A stretch of 38,920 nucleotides of DNA from Elainellaceae cyanobacterium (GTDB lineage Bacteria; Cyanobacteriota; Cyanobacteriia; CAZCXK01). The translations under genes and the position numbers were made by a program. The notes beneath the pieces are model-generated. The model made no database searches. It saw only the letters and a program-made list of their open reading frames with translations, and was not told the DNA's origin. Within the stretch, counting starts at the first letter, position 1, and every line of letters begins with the position of its first letter. The DNA is taken from assembly GCA_051117555.1 (NCBI GenBank), contig JBNPEG010000220.1, positions 1 through 38,920 on the forward strand, given 5' to 3'. This document shows positions 18,511-27,581 of this stretch, piece after piece.

Positions 18511-19088
18511 TCAAATTCTCTGACCCAGATGATATGTGCTTTGTTCCTGATCGAGAACGGGGGCGATCGCTCTAACCAGCACCACGTTTAAATAACAATG
18601 GGTCTAGCCTGGATACGACTAGACCCTAATAGACAACTCATTAACAAAGCAACTTGACCTTGCTTTTGGAGATTAATCGAAGAGAGATTAATCAAGATCA
18701 GTTAAGTACGTACACATACAACTAAGGTGGACAAAACCCGCAACATCCCTCACCACCCTCGATTGCATATTAATCTCTAGGAGATTTGAGAGCCAAGGCA
18801 AATGCTAAATCAGGTCCATACAAAGGAGACGCCGTGTTGCCATCACCTAAGTGCCGACCAGAACGCATCTCGACCTTCTTAAATCAGAGTCCGTGCAATC
18901 GACTGGCTTGAGTGCTGCGCTGGCGTCTAAGCAGGAGGCACAGGCTTGAGCCAGAAACCGTGTTAAAAATTTCATTGCTGTTTGTGCCTGGTATTAACCT
19001 AGCATTAACCTACGGGGCGATCGCAACGGAGTTACCAAAATTCATGTGGGTTGATAGAGCGCAACAGGTATGTCACAGTCTGAAACGT

Positions 19089-19934
19089 TCAGCGGAGAAG
19101 GATAGTCCAGGTTTCAGGTCCTACAATCCCATCGGGGTCAAGATTTGAGCGTCTCTGAATCGCAATCACTGCGGCTTCAGTTTGGCTGCCAAAGATGCCA
19201 TCAATCAGCCCGGTATACACCCCCAATCCACGTAATCGTTCTTGCAACCGTTCGATTGCAGGTCCTGCCATACCGAGTCTAAGAATCGGGAGTGTCACTA
19301 ATGTGGGCGATGCGTCATCGGATTGAGGAGATTGGGCAGGCTGAGGTGACGGGGAAACAGATTGAGAAGAGGTTGCTGAAGGAAGGGGCGTTGCCTGGGG
19401 GGAGGGCGGTGCTTGGGGGGAGGGGTTCTCAAGGCTCGTCGTTCTGACAGACGAATCGCTGACCGGACGCGATCGAGGAGCTGACTGATTGACAGGAGGA
19501 GATGGCAACAGAGCCGTCCACGTGGTTGGCCCTACGATACCGTCGACGGGTAACCCCGCCGCTCTTTGAAAATTGGCGACAGCGGCTTCAGTCGGATCTT
19601 GATACTGTCCGTCGATCGCTCCTTGGTAATACCCTAGAAGAGTCAGCATCGACTGCAATTCTGCAACCACCGATCCGGTGTCGCCAAGACTCAGAACAGG
19701 CCGCATGCCGAGTGACTGAGACGTAGCCCGACCCGATGGTGGGCGAGGCACGCCGGGCACAGACTGTCCCTGCCCACGCGCTCCCCAGCCTCCCAAAACC
19801 GATGCGGTTAATAGGGTAATGAGCACACATTTGCGGATTGTAGATGTTTCAAACACTGGTTTAGATTCGATCACTCCTGACGATAATCCTCCAATGGAAA
19901 GATGCTCTCCAGGGTCAGAATGAAGGACTATCAA
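19089..19934 (-). CDS. Peptidoglycan-binding protein (two PG_binding_1 domains, Pro/Ser linker)
   Basis: Two repeats of L..G..G..V..LQ..L..LG.Y.G.IDG.(Y/F)...TEAAV...Q....L..DGIVGP.TW..L; hydrophobic N-terminal segment. True start uncertain and possibly downstream of 19934. Confidence 0.85.
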   Translation of the reverse strand: MIVLHSDPGEHLSIGGLSSGVIESKPVFETSTIRKCVLITLLTASVLGGWGARGQGQSVPGVPRPPSGRATSQSLGMRPVLSLGDTGSVVAELQSMLTLLGYYQGAIDGQYQDPTEAAVANFQRAAGLPVDGIVGPTTWTALLPSPPVNQSAPRSRPVSDSSVRTTSLENPSPQAPPSPQATPLPSATSSQSVSPSPQPAQSPQSDDASPTLVTLPILRLGMAGPAIERLQERLRGLGVYTGLIDGIFGSQTEAAVIAIQRRSNLDPDGIVGPETWTILLR

Positions 19935-20015
19935 ATTTCCGACAAAGATTCTTCCTTATAATGCTATGGATAAATTTCTTAGGATAGTTTAGCTATTTTG
20001 GCATGCTTTGAGTAC

Positions 20016-20044
20016 TGGGGTGGATATTGGGGTGGATATTGGGG
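20016..20044. repeat. 2.4 x 12-bp tandem repeat (TGGGGTGGATAT)
   Basis: Units at 20016-20027 and 20028-20039, partial unit at 20040-20044, immediately before ATG 20050. Confidence 0.8.
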
Positions 20045-20049
20045 CAAAT

Positions 20050-21168
20050 ATGGATAGCTCTCTTCAGAGTCGATTTCGAGGAGCCTTAATGGGCGCAGCC
20101 ATCGGGCAACTGGTGGGAGATTCTGCTCAGTCTCACCTGTCATCCCGTTGGATGGCGCAGGGTCTGCCACGCAGATTATCCCCGTTTGACTCTATTCCCT
20201 CGACTGTAAACGACTCAGATATAAACGACTCAGAATGGTCACGGGTAGCCGTTGACTTAATCCATGTGCTGATTGGGGGTACATGGGGACAGGCAAATGT
20301 AGACCGTATGCCTGATACGGCGCGATCGCCCGCCCCTGATTCGTCATCCAGCCAGTCTGACGCTGAGTTTCCTATCTCATTAGAGCAAGTGCCGTCTCCA
20401 ATTCGAGCAGACGGATTGGCGATCGCCACATTGCCGCTCGCTCTTTTTTTCCAAGATGATGACACCGTATTTCAGGCTCGATTTGAGCAGGTTATGGCCG
20501 CATGGCAGGTGTCATCCTGGGTACAAGCGGCCACACGCCTATGGCTCGACACGCTCATCTTGGCGTTGAGAGAGCAGTCTCCGGCGGATCACCTCATTTA
20601 CCTACTCCAAGACAGGCACTCCAATACAAAAAATTCGTTAACTCTAAACGAAGGGCTGTTGGTGATTAAAGATCTGATGAAGCAGCACATTGGAGCCACA
20701 CGGGCGCTGACAATTCTTCGAGAATGGGCTGAATCTCGCTGCCTGTCGTCCAATTCACCGACCTCAGAGGCAGTGCCACCCGCCATTTATATCATGCCAA
20801 TTATGGGGTCGCTCTACGAATTCTTTACGGCGGCTGATGAGCCTCAATTGGCTCTATATCGGTTGTCTCACGCACTCCGTCAAGCTAATGAACAGTCTCA
20901 TAGGCCGATGATGGCAATGCTGATGGGGTCGCTGATGGGGGCGTATCATGGTGACGTGAAATTGCCGCTAGAGTGGCAATGGGCGATCGCTCAATGGGGG
21001 GTAGAACCCTCATCCACAAAAATTAAATGGGGTGGTAAGAAATGGCTAGACATTATTGAGCTTGCTGATCAACTTTTTGCAGCCTGGATTGGGGTAGAAC
21101 AGCCTAAAATCATTCAAACGCTTAATCTGCCCATTGCCATCGCTCATCCACGAATCATTTCGCCATAA
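20050..21168 (+). CDS. Degenerate ADP-ribosylglycohydrolase-family protein
   Basis: N-terminal SRFRGALMGAAIG and C-terminal AMLMGSLMGAYHG...LPLEW...LADQL motifs match the family, but the DALG, TDD and GDTD metal-binding motifs are not recognisable. Confidence 0.7.
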   Translation: MDSSLQSRFRGALMGAAIGQLVGDSAQSHLSSRWMAQGLPRRLSPFDSIPSTVNDSDINDSEWSRVAVDLIHVLIGGTWGQANVDRMPDTARSPAPDSSSSQSDAEFPISLEQVPSPIRADGLAIATLPLALFFQDDDTVFQARFEQVMAAWQVSSWVQAATRLWLDTLILALREQSPADHLIYLLQDRHSNTKNSLTLNEGLLVIKDLMKQHIGATRALTILREWAESRCLSSNSPTSEAVPPAIYIMPIMGSLYEFFTAADEPQLALYRLSHALRQANEQSHRPMMAMLMGSLMGAYHGDVKLPLEWQWAIAQWGVEPSSTKIKWGGKKWLDIIELADQLFAAWIGVEQPKIIQTLNLPIAIAHPRIISP

Positions 21169-21308
21169 TCCGAGTCAGACACGTTACCCTAGATTTCGCT
21201 TAGATATACTATTCTCATGGAAATCAGTCGTGCTATCTAGGCGTTTCACCGCTCGATCCCTTCTCTATTTCCGCAAATGCCACTCTTGGTCTACGAATTG
21301 GTGAAGAG

Positions 21309-23897
21309 ATGAAATCATTCCGCTCATTAACGCAGCAGTTCGATCAGTGGTGGCGAGTACAGGTTCAAAGTACTTCGCAAAAGCCACCCAATCATACGCT
21401 GCGGAAAGCTGTGGTTCATGCAAAACGGTGTACAAATGCAGCCCGCTCTAGCCACCCTTGGCAGCAGATTTCCCGCCTCAAGCATCTTAAGCCTGACCAA
21501 GTCGCTGAAATGTTGCGTCCCGCAGAGCCGCTTCGCAAAAAGAATCGAGCGGCGAAGCGCTCCCGTCCTAAATTTATTTTTGTAATTGCTGTCGTTTCGC
21601 TAACGAGTACGATTGGCTATCGCTTTTATAACGAGCCTAAGCTCGATGCTGAGACGATTGCCCCTCAGACGCTACGCGCTCCTGCATCGGCGGCGGTTGA
21701 AGATACTAAAACAACCGAGCAGAAACGGAATGATGCCGTGACGGGAGCCGTTCCCATCCTGATGATTGACCCAACAACCAATCAGCGTATTTATCAGGCG
21801 TTGCAGCGCGTGCTAGACCAAGGTGATGAACTCAGGGAACAGGCTGGAGCATTTCCATTTGTCGAAACGTCAATTCTATCGACGAATACTCAGAACTATT
21901 TACGGCAGGCTGAAGAATGGGAATGGCGCGCTACGATCGCCGCGGCAGAAGGCAATGGACAAGCCGTCTCTCAATCCCCCGCTGCGACCGCCAGCACATC
22001 AGATAATTCTGCACAGAAAGAAAATTCTCCGCGTTCGTCGCAGCAACTCGCCATTATCGAGCTTCAGAGCTATTACCGAACCGCCTCCCCAGATGATTTT
22101 GCGGCATTAAAGCAGCTGATTGGGCGTGCTCGTCAGCGCTACACAACGGCGATCGCGGCGTTATCGTCCCTAGATTCGACCCAACCCGCCCATACATACG
22201 ACGAAGTTCTGTTTCAGCTCACTGACGAGCAGTGGGCTGTCACCAAAATTGGGATTCGTGAAGCTCTAGAGCGAATCTTAGTGCAAGGAATACCGCCGGG
22301 GTTGCCCGACAATGTGCTAGCAAACGCGGTACAAGTCCAGACAGAGATTGATGTGCCTGCGGTGGGGAATCCACTGGCAGTCGATATTTTGACACCTGTG
22401 GTCAAGCCCAACCTCATCGAAGACCCCGAACGGACTCGTCGCTTGGCAGAACAGGCAGCCCAAGCGATCGAACCTGAAATTGTTGAAATTCGTCGCGGCG
22501 AGGTGATCGTTCAGGCAGGTGAAACCATTAGCCAGCAACAGTTCGTGCTGCTTGACCACTTTGGCATGAGCCGTCGAGGCATTAATTGGCTAGGCTTAGG
22601 CGGGTTTGCAGTCTTAATCACCGGAGCCGTTGGCGTTTTTCTTCTCGTCGAACATCGGTTTCACGGAGGCTTACGACGGCGCGATCACATCCTGATTTTG
22701 TTGTTGACGCTATCAACGCCGCTTGTCTTAGCGCTACGTCTCCCAGCCGTTAATTTGCCGATGGTGGGGTTGCTCGTCGGGAGCTTCTATGGGTCTCCGC
22801 TAGGAGTGGCCGTGGTGGGGCTGCTTAGCGTCGTTTTACCGATTGGCACGAAAATCGGCAGCAGCCACTTGATCGCGAGTGCATCGGGTAGTTTACTAGG
22901 GACGCTGCTAGCCGGACGGTTGCGATCGCGCGAAGAGCTAGCCATGCTTGGGGGCGCCGTTGGGCTCACAACGGGTATTGTCTATCTGCTCGTGAGTTTA
23001 ATTGTAAGTTCGGCGGCGAGTTCGGTCTGGTATAGCGTTTTGATGGCAGCAGCAATCCAGAGCCTAATGGGCGTCGCGTGGAGCATTGTGGCTCTCGGCG
23101 TGAGCCCCTATCTAGAGCATCTGTTTGACCTCGTCACGCCGATTCGCCTTGTGGAATTGTCTAATCCTAATCGTCCCCTGCTTAAGCGAGTCGCTTCAGA
23201 AGCTCCGGGCACTTTTCAACATACGTTGTTTGTGGCAAGTTTGGCAGAAGCAGCCGCCCGGGAGCTTGGTTGTAATGTAGAGCTCGTGCGTGCCGGGACG
23301 CTTTATCACGACATCGGGAAAATGCATGATCCGCTCGGATTCATTGAAAATCAAATGGGCGGTCCCAATAAACACGATCTGATCGACGATCCTTGGCAAA
23401 GTGCCGCCATCATCAAAAAGCATGTAACGGAAGGGCTCGTCATGGCTCGCAAGTGCCGACTTCCAACCGCAATCCAAGCCTTCATTCCCGAGCATCAGGG
23501 AACCATGCTAATTACCTATTTTTACTATCAGGCTCAGCAGCGAGCCAAGGCAGATCCGCTAATCACAGTTAACGAAGCCGATTTTCGCTATGACGGTCCG
23601 ATTCCTCAGTCTAGAGAAACGGGAATCGTTATGCTGGCTGATTCCTGTGAGGCAGCATTGCGATCGCTCAAAGATGCCACTCCAGAAGAAGCCTTGGCGA
23701 TGGTCAACCGCATTATGCGGGCTCGCTGGCAAGACGAGCAGCTTGTCGATTCAGGGTTAACTCGGGAAGACATGTCACACATCGCCAATATTTTTGTGCA
23801 TGTCTGGAAACAGTTTAACCACAAGCGTATTCCCTATCCCAAGGGGGCGATGGCAATGTCTAAATCCTCTCCCGTTGCGCCTAAGGTGGCACCATAG
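21309..23897 (+). CDS. 7TM-HD (HDIG) phosphohydrolase, PgpH-like cyclic-di-AMP phosphodiesterase family
   Basis: 862 aa. N-terminal TM, extracellular 7TMR-HDED-like region (RRGEVIVQAGETI), multi-TM block and HD domain motifs EAPGTFQH, LYHDIGK, IIKKHV, EHQGT, FRYDGPIPQSRE and MLADSCEAA. Confidence 0.9.
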   Translation: MKSFRSLTQQFDQWWRVQVQSTSQKPPNHTLRKAVVHAKRCTNAARSSHPWQQISRLKHLKPDQVAEMLRPAEPLRKKNRAAKRSRPKFIFVIAVVSLTSTIGYRFYNEPKLDAETIAPQTLRAPASAAVEDTKTTEQKRNDAVTGAVPILMIDPTTNQRIYQALQRVLDQGDELREQAGAFPFVETSILSTNTQNYLRQAEEWEWRATIAAAEGNGQAVSQSPAATASTSDNSAQKENSPRSSQQLAIIELQSYYRTASPDDFAALKQLIGRARQRYTTAIAALSSLDSTQPAHTYDEVLFQLTDEQWAVTKIGIREALERILVQGIPPGLPDNVLANAVQVQTEIDVPAVGNPLAVDILTPVVKPNLIEDPERTRRLAEQAAQAIEPEIVEIRRGEVIVQAGETISQQQFVLLDHFGMSRRGINWLGLGGFAVLITGAVGVFLLVEHRFHGGLRRRDHILILLLTLSTPLVLALRLPAVNLPMVGLLVGSFYGSPLGVAVVGLLSVVLPIGTKIGSSHLIASASGSLLGTLLAGRLRSREELAMLGGAVGLTTGIVYLLVSLIVSSAASSVWYSVLMAAAIQSLMGVAWSIVALGVSPYLEHLFDLVTPIRLVELSNPNRPLLKRVASEAPGTFQHTLFVASLAEAAARELGCNVELVRAGTLYHDIGKMHDPLGFIENQMGGPNKHDLIDDPWQSAAIIKKHVTEGLVMARKCRLPTAIQAFIPEHQGTMLITYFYYQAQQRAKADPLITVNEADFRYDGPIPQSRETGIVMLADSCEAALRSLKDATPEEALAMVNRIMRARWQDEQLVDSGLTREDMSHIANIFVHVWKQFNHKRIPYPKGAMAMSKSSPVAPKVAP

Positions 23898-24017
23898 AAG
23901 GCGCTTAAAACGGGTTTAGTGGTCATGCGTTGCGGATTCTCGCAGAGTAAACCGCGATCATACACGTGACTTACAAACGACGTGCGCATTCGCATCTGCA
24001 ATCGCCCTATTCAAAGA

Positions 24018-24362
24018 TTATTCAATCTCAAGATGGAGAGTCGGCATCAGCCGCTTCAAGTTTTTAAGAGACTTGCTCTGCCAGGAAATCGTTTGACTGC
24101 CTTTCACGATGAGCTGTGTAGCTGATATCTGCCGAACCCGAATCACAAATTTCGACAGCATATTAATTCCAGAGCTATTCAAAAATTTTAGTTCAGTTAA
24201 ATTGAGCGTCAGCGTATCTGGCTTTTTCTCAACAGCACTGTCGAGGATTCGACTGATCGGAGCATAGGCTTCTGCGCCATTCAAGCGAAGCGAGCCTTTG
24301 AACAAAATGCTCTGAGTCGAGGCATCGTAGCCTACAAAATAGTCGGGGGTTTGAATCTCCAT
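24018..24362 (-). CDS. STAS-like anti-anti-sigma-type protein (Slr1659 / SiaC-like)
   Basis: 114 aa. LTLNLTELKFLNSSGINMLSKFV is a STAS phospho-Ser motif; also WQSKSLKNLKRL. Confidence 0.8.
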   Translation of the reverse strand: MEIQTPDYFVGYDASTQSILFKGSLRLNGAEAYAPISRILDSAVEKKPDTLTLNLTELKFLNSSGINMLSKFVIRVRQISATQLIVKGSQTISWQSKSLKNLKRLMPTLHLEIE

Positions 24363-24401
24363 ATTTCCCTGATGTTTCTAATGTTTAAATTCGTACGAAA
24401 T

Positions 24402-24983
24402 CTAAACGGCAAGCTGCACCATAGTGGTCACAACTAATGCTTCAGGATTTGTGTGAGCGGTTTCGAATTTCCAGCCGACTTTTGCTAAATAATCGGTCAT
24501 CATGGTTAAAATACCTAGTCCTGACGAATCCTGGCGATCGCCCATCGCTGATTCTTCGAGCTGCTTCGTATAGAGCTCATCCGGGTCTGACACGGAAAGT
24601 TTATCGATAAAAGCTTGCAGTTTTCCTTTAGAATCTGGAGTGATTCCATTGGTAGACAAAAAAATCAGCCGATCGTCTAAGAGATGGAGGGTAATGCTAA
24701 TGGGTTGTTCAGGAATGCTCTCGCTAAACTTCATTGCGTTTTCAAGGAGCTCATTGGCAATATAGCTAATCGTGCTTTTGATATCATGCTGACGAGCAGG
24801 AAGCTCATCCTTGTCAGGTGACTTCGAAAAAAAGGTGATGAGATAATCTGCCATAAAATCAGCAGATAGGCCATTATTTCGCCATCGGTGTTTAATCGGT
24901 ATCGAGCTGGGCGAAAACTGAATTCGCAAATATTCCTGGCTAGATGGCAAATTCTCACTGAAATCTCCAAATATTTCGACCAT
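24402..24983 (-). CDS. GHKL-type ATP-binding Ser/Thr kinase-like regulator (Slr1658 / SiaB-like)
   Basis: N-box ANELLENAMKF, G-box SSGLGILTM and RWRNNGLSADF motif; no His-kinase H-box. Start placed at ATG 24983 (the ORF track starts at 25007). Confidence 0.8.
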   Translation of the reverse strand: MVEIFGDFSENLPSSQEYLRIQFSPSSIPIKHRWRNNGLSADFMADYLITFFSKSPDKDELPARQHDIKSTISYIANELLENAMKFSESIPEQPISITLHLLDDRLIFLSTNGITPDSKGKLQAFIDKLSVSDPDELYTKQLEESAMGDRQDSSGLGILTMMTDYLAKVGWKFETAHTNPEALVVTTMVQLAV

Positions 24984-25068
24984 GACGTGGGTCCTCACGA
25001 ATGACACTGTTCTGACTGCTCAGATCGTATAGATTGACAGTTGGTTAACTTCTCAAGCCGTGAATATC

Positions 25069-26690
25069 CTACTTTCGCTTGACTACCAATAATGTGATGT
25101 CGTCATAGATGTCATGCGTGCCAATAAACTGCTGCACATCCTGAATGACGCTATTTTGAATGTCGGCAGCAGAGTGATACCACTCGTGCTGCACGACATG
25201 GCACAGGCGACCCAGACCATAATGATCGCCCCGCCAGTTTTCTGCTTCTGTGATGCCGTCTGTATAAAGAACAATGCCATCGCCAGGCTCAAGGGCCACC
25301 TGAATTTGTTCGACAAACTGAGAAATCTCTGCTTCTAAACCAATTGGAAACCCAAGGTCGATGGTGTCAATCCGCTCAATTTTTCCGGTGGCTCGTACCA
25401 GCAAGACCTCTTCATGCTGACCACTAATCGACATCACACCGTCCTGATAGTCAAGTAAGGAAAGCGTCAAAGATTTTTCAGAATCCATCCGCTGCAAGTT
25501 GCCATAAATCGCCCGGTTGAGCGTATTTAGAAACTTGACTGGGTCGGTTTCATCGCTAGCGAGTAACGTGCGGACAGCGGTCTGCGTCATGATCATCAAC
25601 ACGCCACTCTCTAACCCGTGCCCGGTAACATCACCGATGCCGATCTTAATTGAGCCATTATGCTGGAGCACGTCATAATAATCTCCGCCCACATCGTCAG
25701 CAGGCTCCATAAACCCCGCCACGTCAAGGTCTTGGAGTTGATTGAGTTCGTAGTCTTTGGGGAGTAGCATGCGCTGAAGCCGACGGGTGATATCCAGCTC
25801 TGCTGATAGCCGAAAATTCTCCGATTCAAGCCGATGATTTAGTGTTTGAATCTTTTGGCTAGCGTTTTCGAGCTGACGGACGACTCGTTCGAGACGATGC
25901 TCTGCCTTTTTGCGATCGCCCATTGCCTGATACACCTTATCGACCATCTCTTGAAATGCTCCGATCACGTCTCCTAGCTCATCTTTGCGTTTAATCGAGC
26001 TGGATTTGAATCTAGGAACTGGGCGATCGTAGCGAATGGCTTCACCCACGCCGAGCAATCAGACTGGAGATGCAAAATTGGAACGATTACCGTCGGCCCT
26101 AGCGCTATCAGCGCTACCAACGTCACAAACCCAGAAATAATCAAGGCTAATCCTCCAATTCGAAGCACGAACATCGAAACTTCGCGACTTACCGATGAAG
26201 CATTATGACGGATGATGAGGAAGTACTGTTGACTAGTATGGGGAATTGACCACGCGACATCGTAGCGCCCCGTCTCGGGCTCGTGGAAATCAGCCGCCTT
26301 AAACTCCATGCTGTCGAGATTCGTGAGATCTGTATAGGCCAAAACGGGTGTTTCTCCTGACGTACCAATCAGTTGCCCTGAGCTATCGTAAACGGCTGCT
26401 CCAACAATCATTTGGCGGGTCATTGGGTCACGCTGAAGTTTTCCGACCTCGTCAAGTAGTTCCTCTGACGTCAGATTTGGATAGGCCGTTACAATCCAAA
26501 TTATTTTTGCAAACGAGAGATCTTGAATTTGATTCAACAACGCTCGCTCATGCCGTCTAACCGATGGAATTAGAATAATCGCTTCAATGACCACAATTCC
26601 TGCAAAAATCCACAGCACTACTTTTCTAGACAGGCGTGCCGTAAACAGGTCAAATAATTCACGAGCGGGAATACGACAAATGAGTTTCAT
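25069..26690 (-). pseudogene. Membrane-bound 2TM-HAMP-PP2C (SpoIIE/RsbU, SiaA-like) phosphatase interrupted by a 1-nt frameshift (real lesion or sequencing error)
   Basis: ORF 25974-26726 gives TM - periplasmic region - TM - start of HAMP (VIVPILHLQSD). ORF 25069-26058 continues LGVGEAI...RKDELG.V..AFQEM (rest of HAMP) and the PP2C motifs VGGDYYD, IGDVTGHG, LYTDGITEA and DDITLL. Adding one base at 26057-26058 (GAT TG -> GAT TTG) fuses them. Confidence 0.85.
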
Positions 26691-26749
26691 GATGGTCTTG
26701 TAGGCAAACAGAGTGGACAGGCACAATCATAGAATTCAGGAATAAGGGG

Positions 26750-27505
26750 TTAGGTCATGAGCTGGGCGGCAACGCGGTTTAAGGCTTGGGTAAAGAGATG
26801 GTCGGGATGATGCAGACAAAATAGCCCGCTACTCCCGAGCTGAATCATGTCTTCTGAAAGAGGGAAAATACCGGCGACCGGAATGGAATAAATGCGCTCG
26901 ATTTTATCTTGAAGGGCTTCAAAATCCATCTTGGGAAGGGCTTTGTTGAGTACGAGCATGAGTTTGCGAACTTTGAGCTGACGAGCCACGTCAATCGTGA
27001 CCGCAGTCCCTTGAAAGTCTTGATGGTCAGGTCTGAGAATTAGAAGTAATACAGTGGAAATACCAATTGATAGCAGGGTTTCTTTACTTAGCCCTGGATG
27101 GGTATCGATGAGCAGATAATCAAGCTGGAGATCTCGGATGAGTCGCCGAAAGCCTTCACTGAGCAGGCTAACGCTATAGCCTTCGCTGAGAATGCGGGCA
27201 ATGTAATCAGGATTCATGCTGGCAGGCACCAGAAACAGGTGTCCGGGTTCAGCAATACTCGCGATCGCACTGACATCATAGGCAGTCTCTGAAATAGCAT
27301 GTCGCCCCCAAAGGAAATCATTCAGAGTAAGCTGATGAGAGGTTTCTTCAAACTGAAATAGAACGTGAATTCCAGGGGATTGTAGGTCAGTATCAACTAC
27401 AGCGACACGGAACCCATGGCGGGCGATCGCCACGGCAAGGTTGGCCGTTAGATTAGATTTTCCGGTTCCTCCCCGATAAGAATGGATCGCGATAATCTTC
27501 GCCAT
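26750..27505 (-). CDS. MinD/ParA-family ATPase
   Basis: IIAIHSYRGGTGKSN (deviant Walker A with Arg at the signature-Lys position), VVDTDLQSPG, LLIDTHPGL and LVLNK motifs. Start placed at ATG 27505. Confidence 0.9.
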   Translation of the reverse strand: MAKIIAIHSYRGGTGKSNLTANLAVAIARHGFRVAVVDTDLQSPGIHVLFQFEETSHQLTLNDFLWGRHAISETAYDVSAIASIAEPGHLFLVPASMNPDYIARILSEGYSVSLLSEGFRRLIRDLQLDYLLIDTHPGLSKETLLSIGISTVLLLILRPDHQDFQGTAVTIDVARQLKVRKLMLVLNKALPKMDFEALQDKIERIYSIPVAGIFPLSEDMIQLGSSGLFCLHHPDHLFTQALNRVAAQLMT

Positions 27506-27581
27506 GAGAGTGATACCTGAGTAGAGCGCTGAGTGGGACACGAACCTGAGATTAAGTCTCTAAAATCAACTAACCATTCAA

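Noticed and set aside
12775..19089. Known riboswitch (c-di-GMP-I/II, glutamine glnA) upstream of the bcs operon, the 273-aa gene or GH9
   Set aside because: No c-di-GMP-I GGCAAA/GACGCAAA pair was seen. The minus-strand stretch near 15070-15110 has only a loose resemblance to glnA (CUUCA...GAAGGAAG) and lacks the CGGAAGUA core.
26750..27505. bcsQ or cell-division minD assignment
   Set aside because: The gene is embedded in the signalling operon about 14 kb from the bcs genes, and no bcsR or minC/minE is adjacent.
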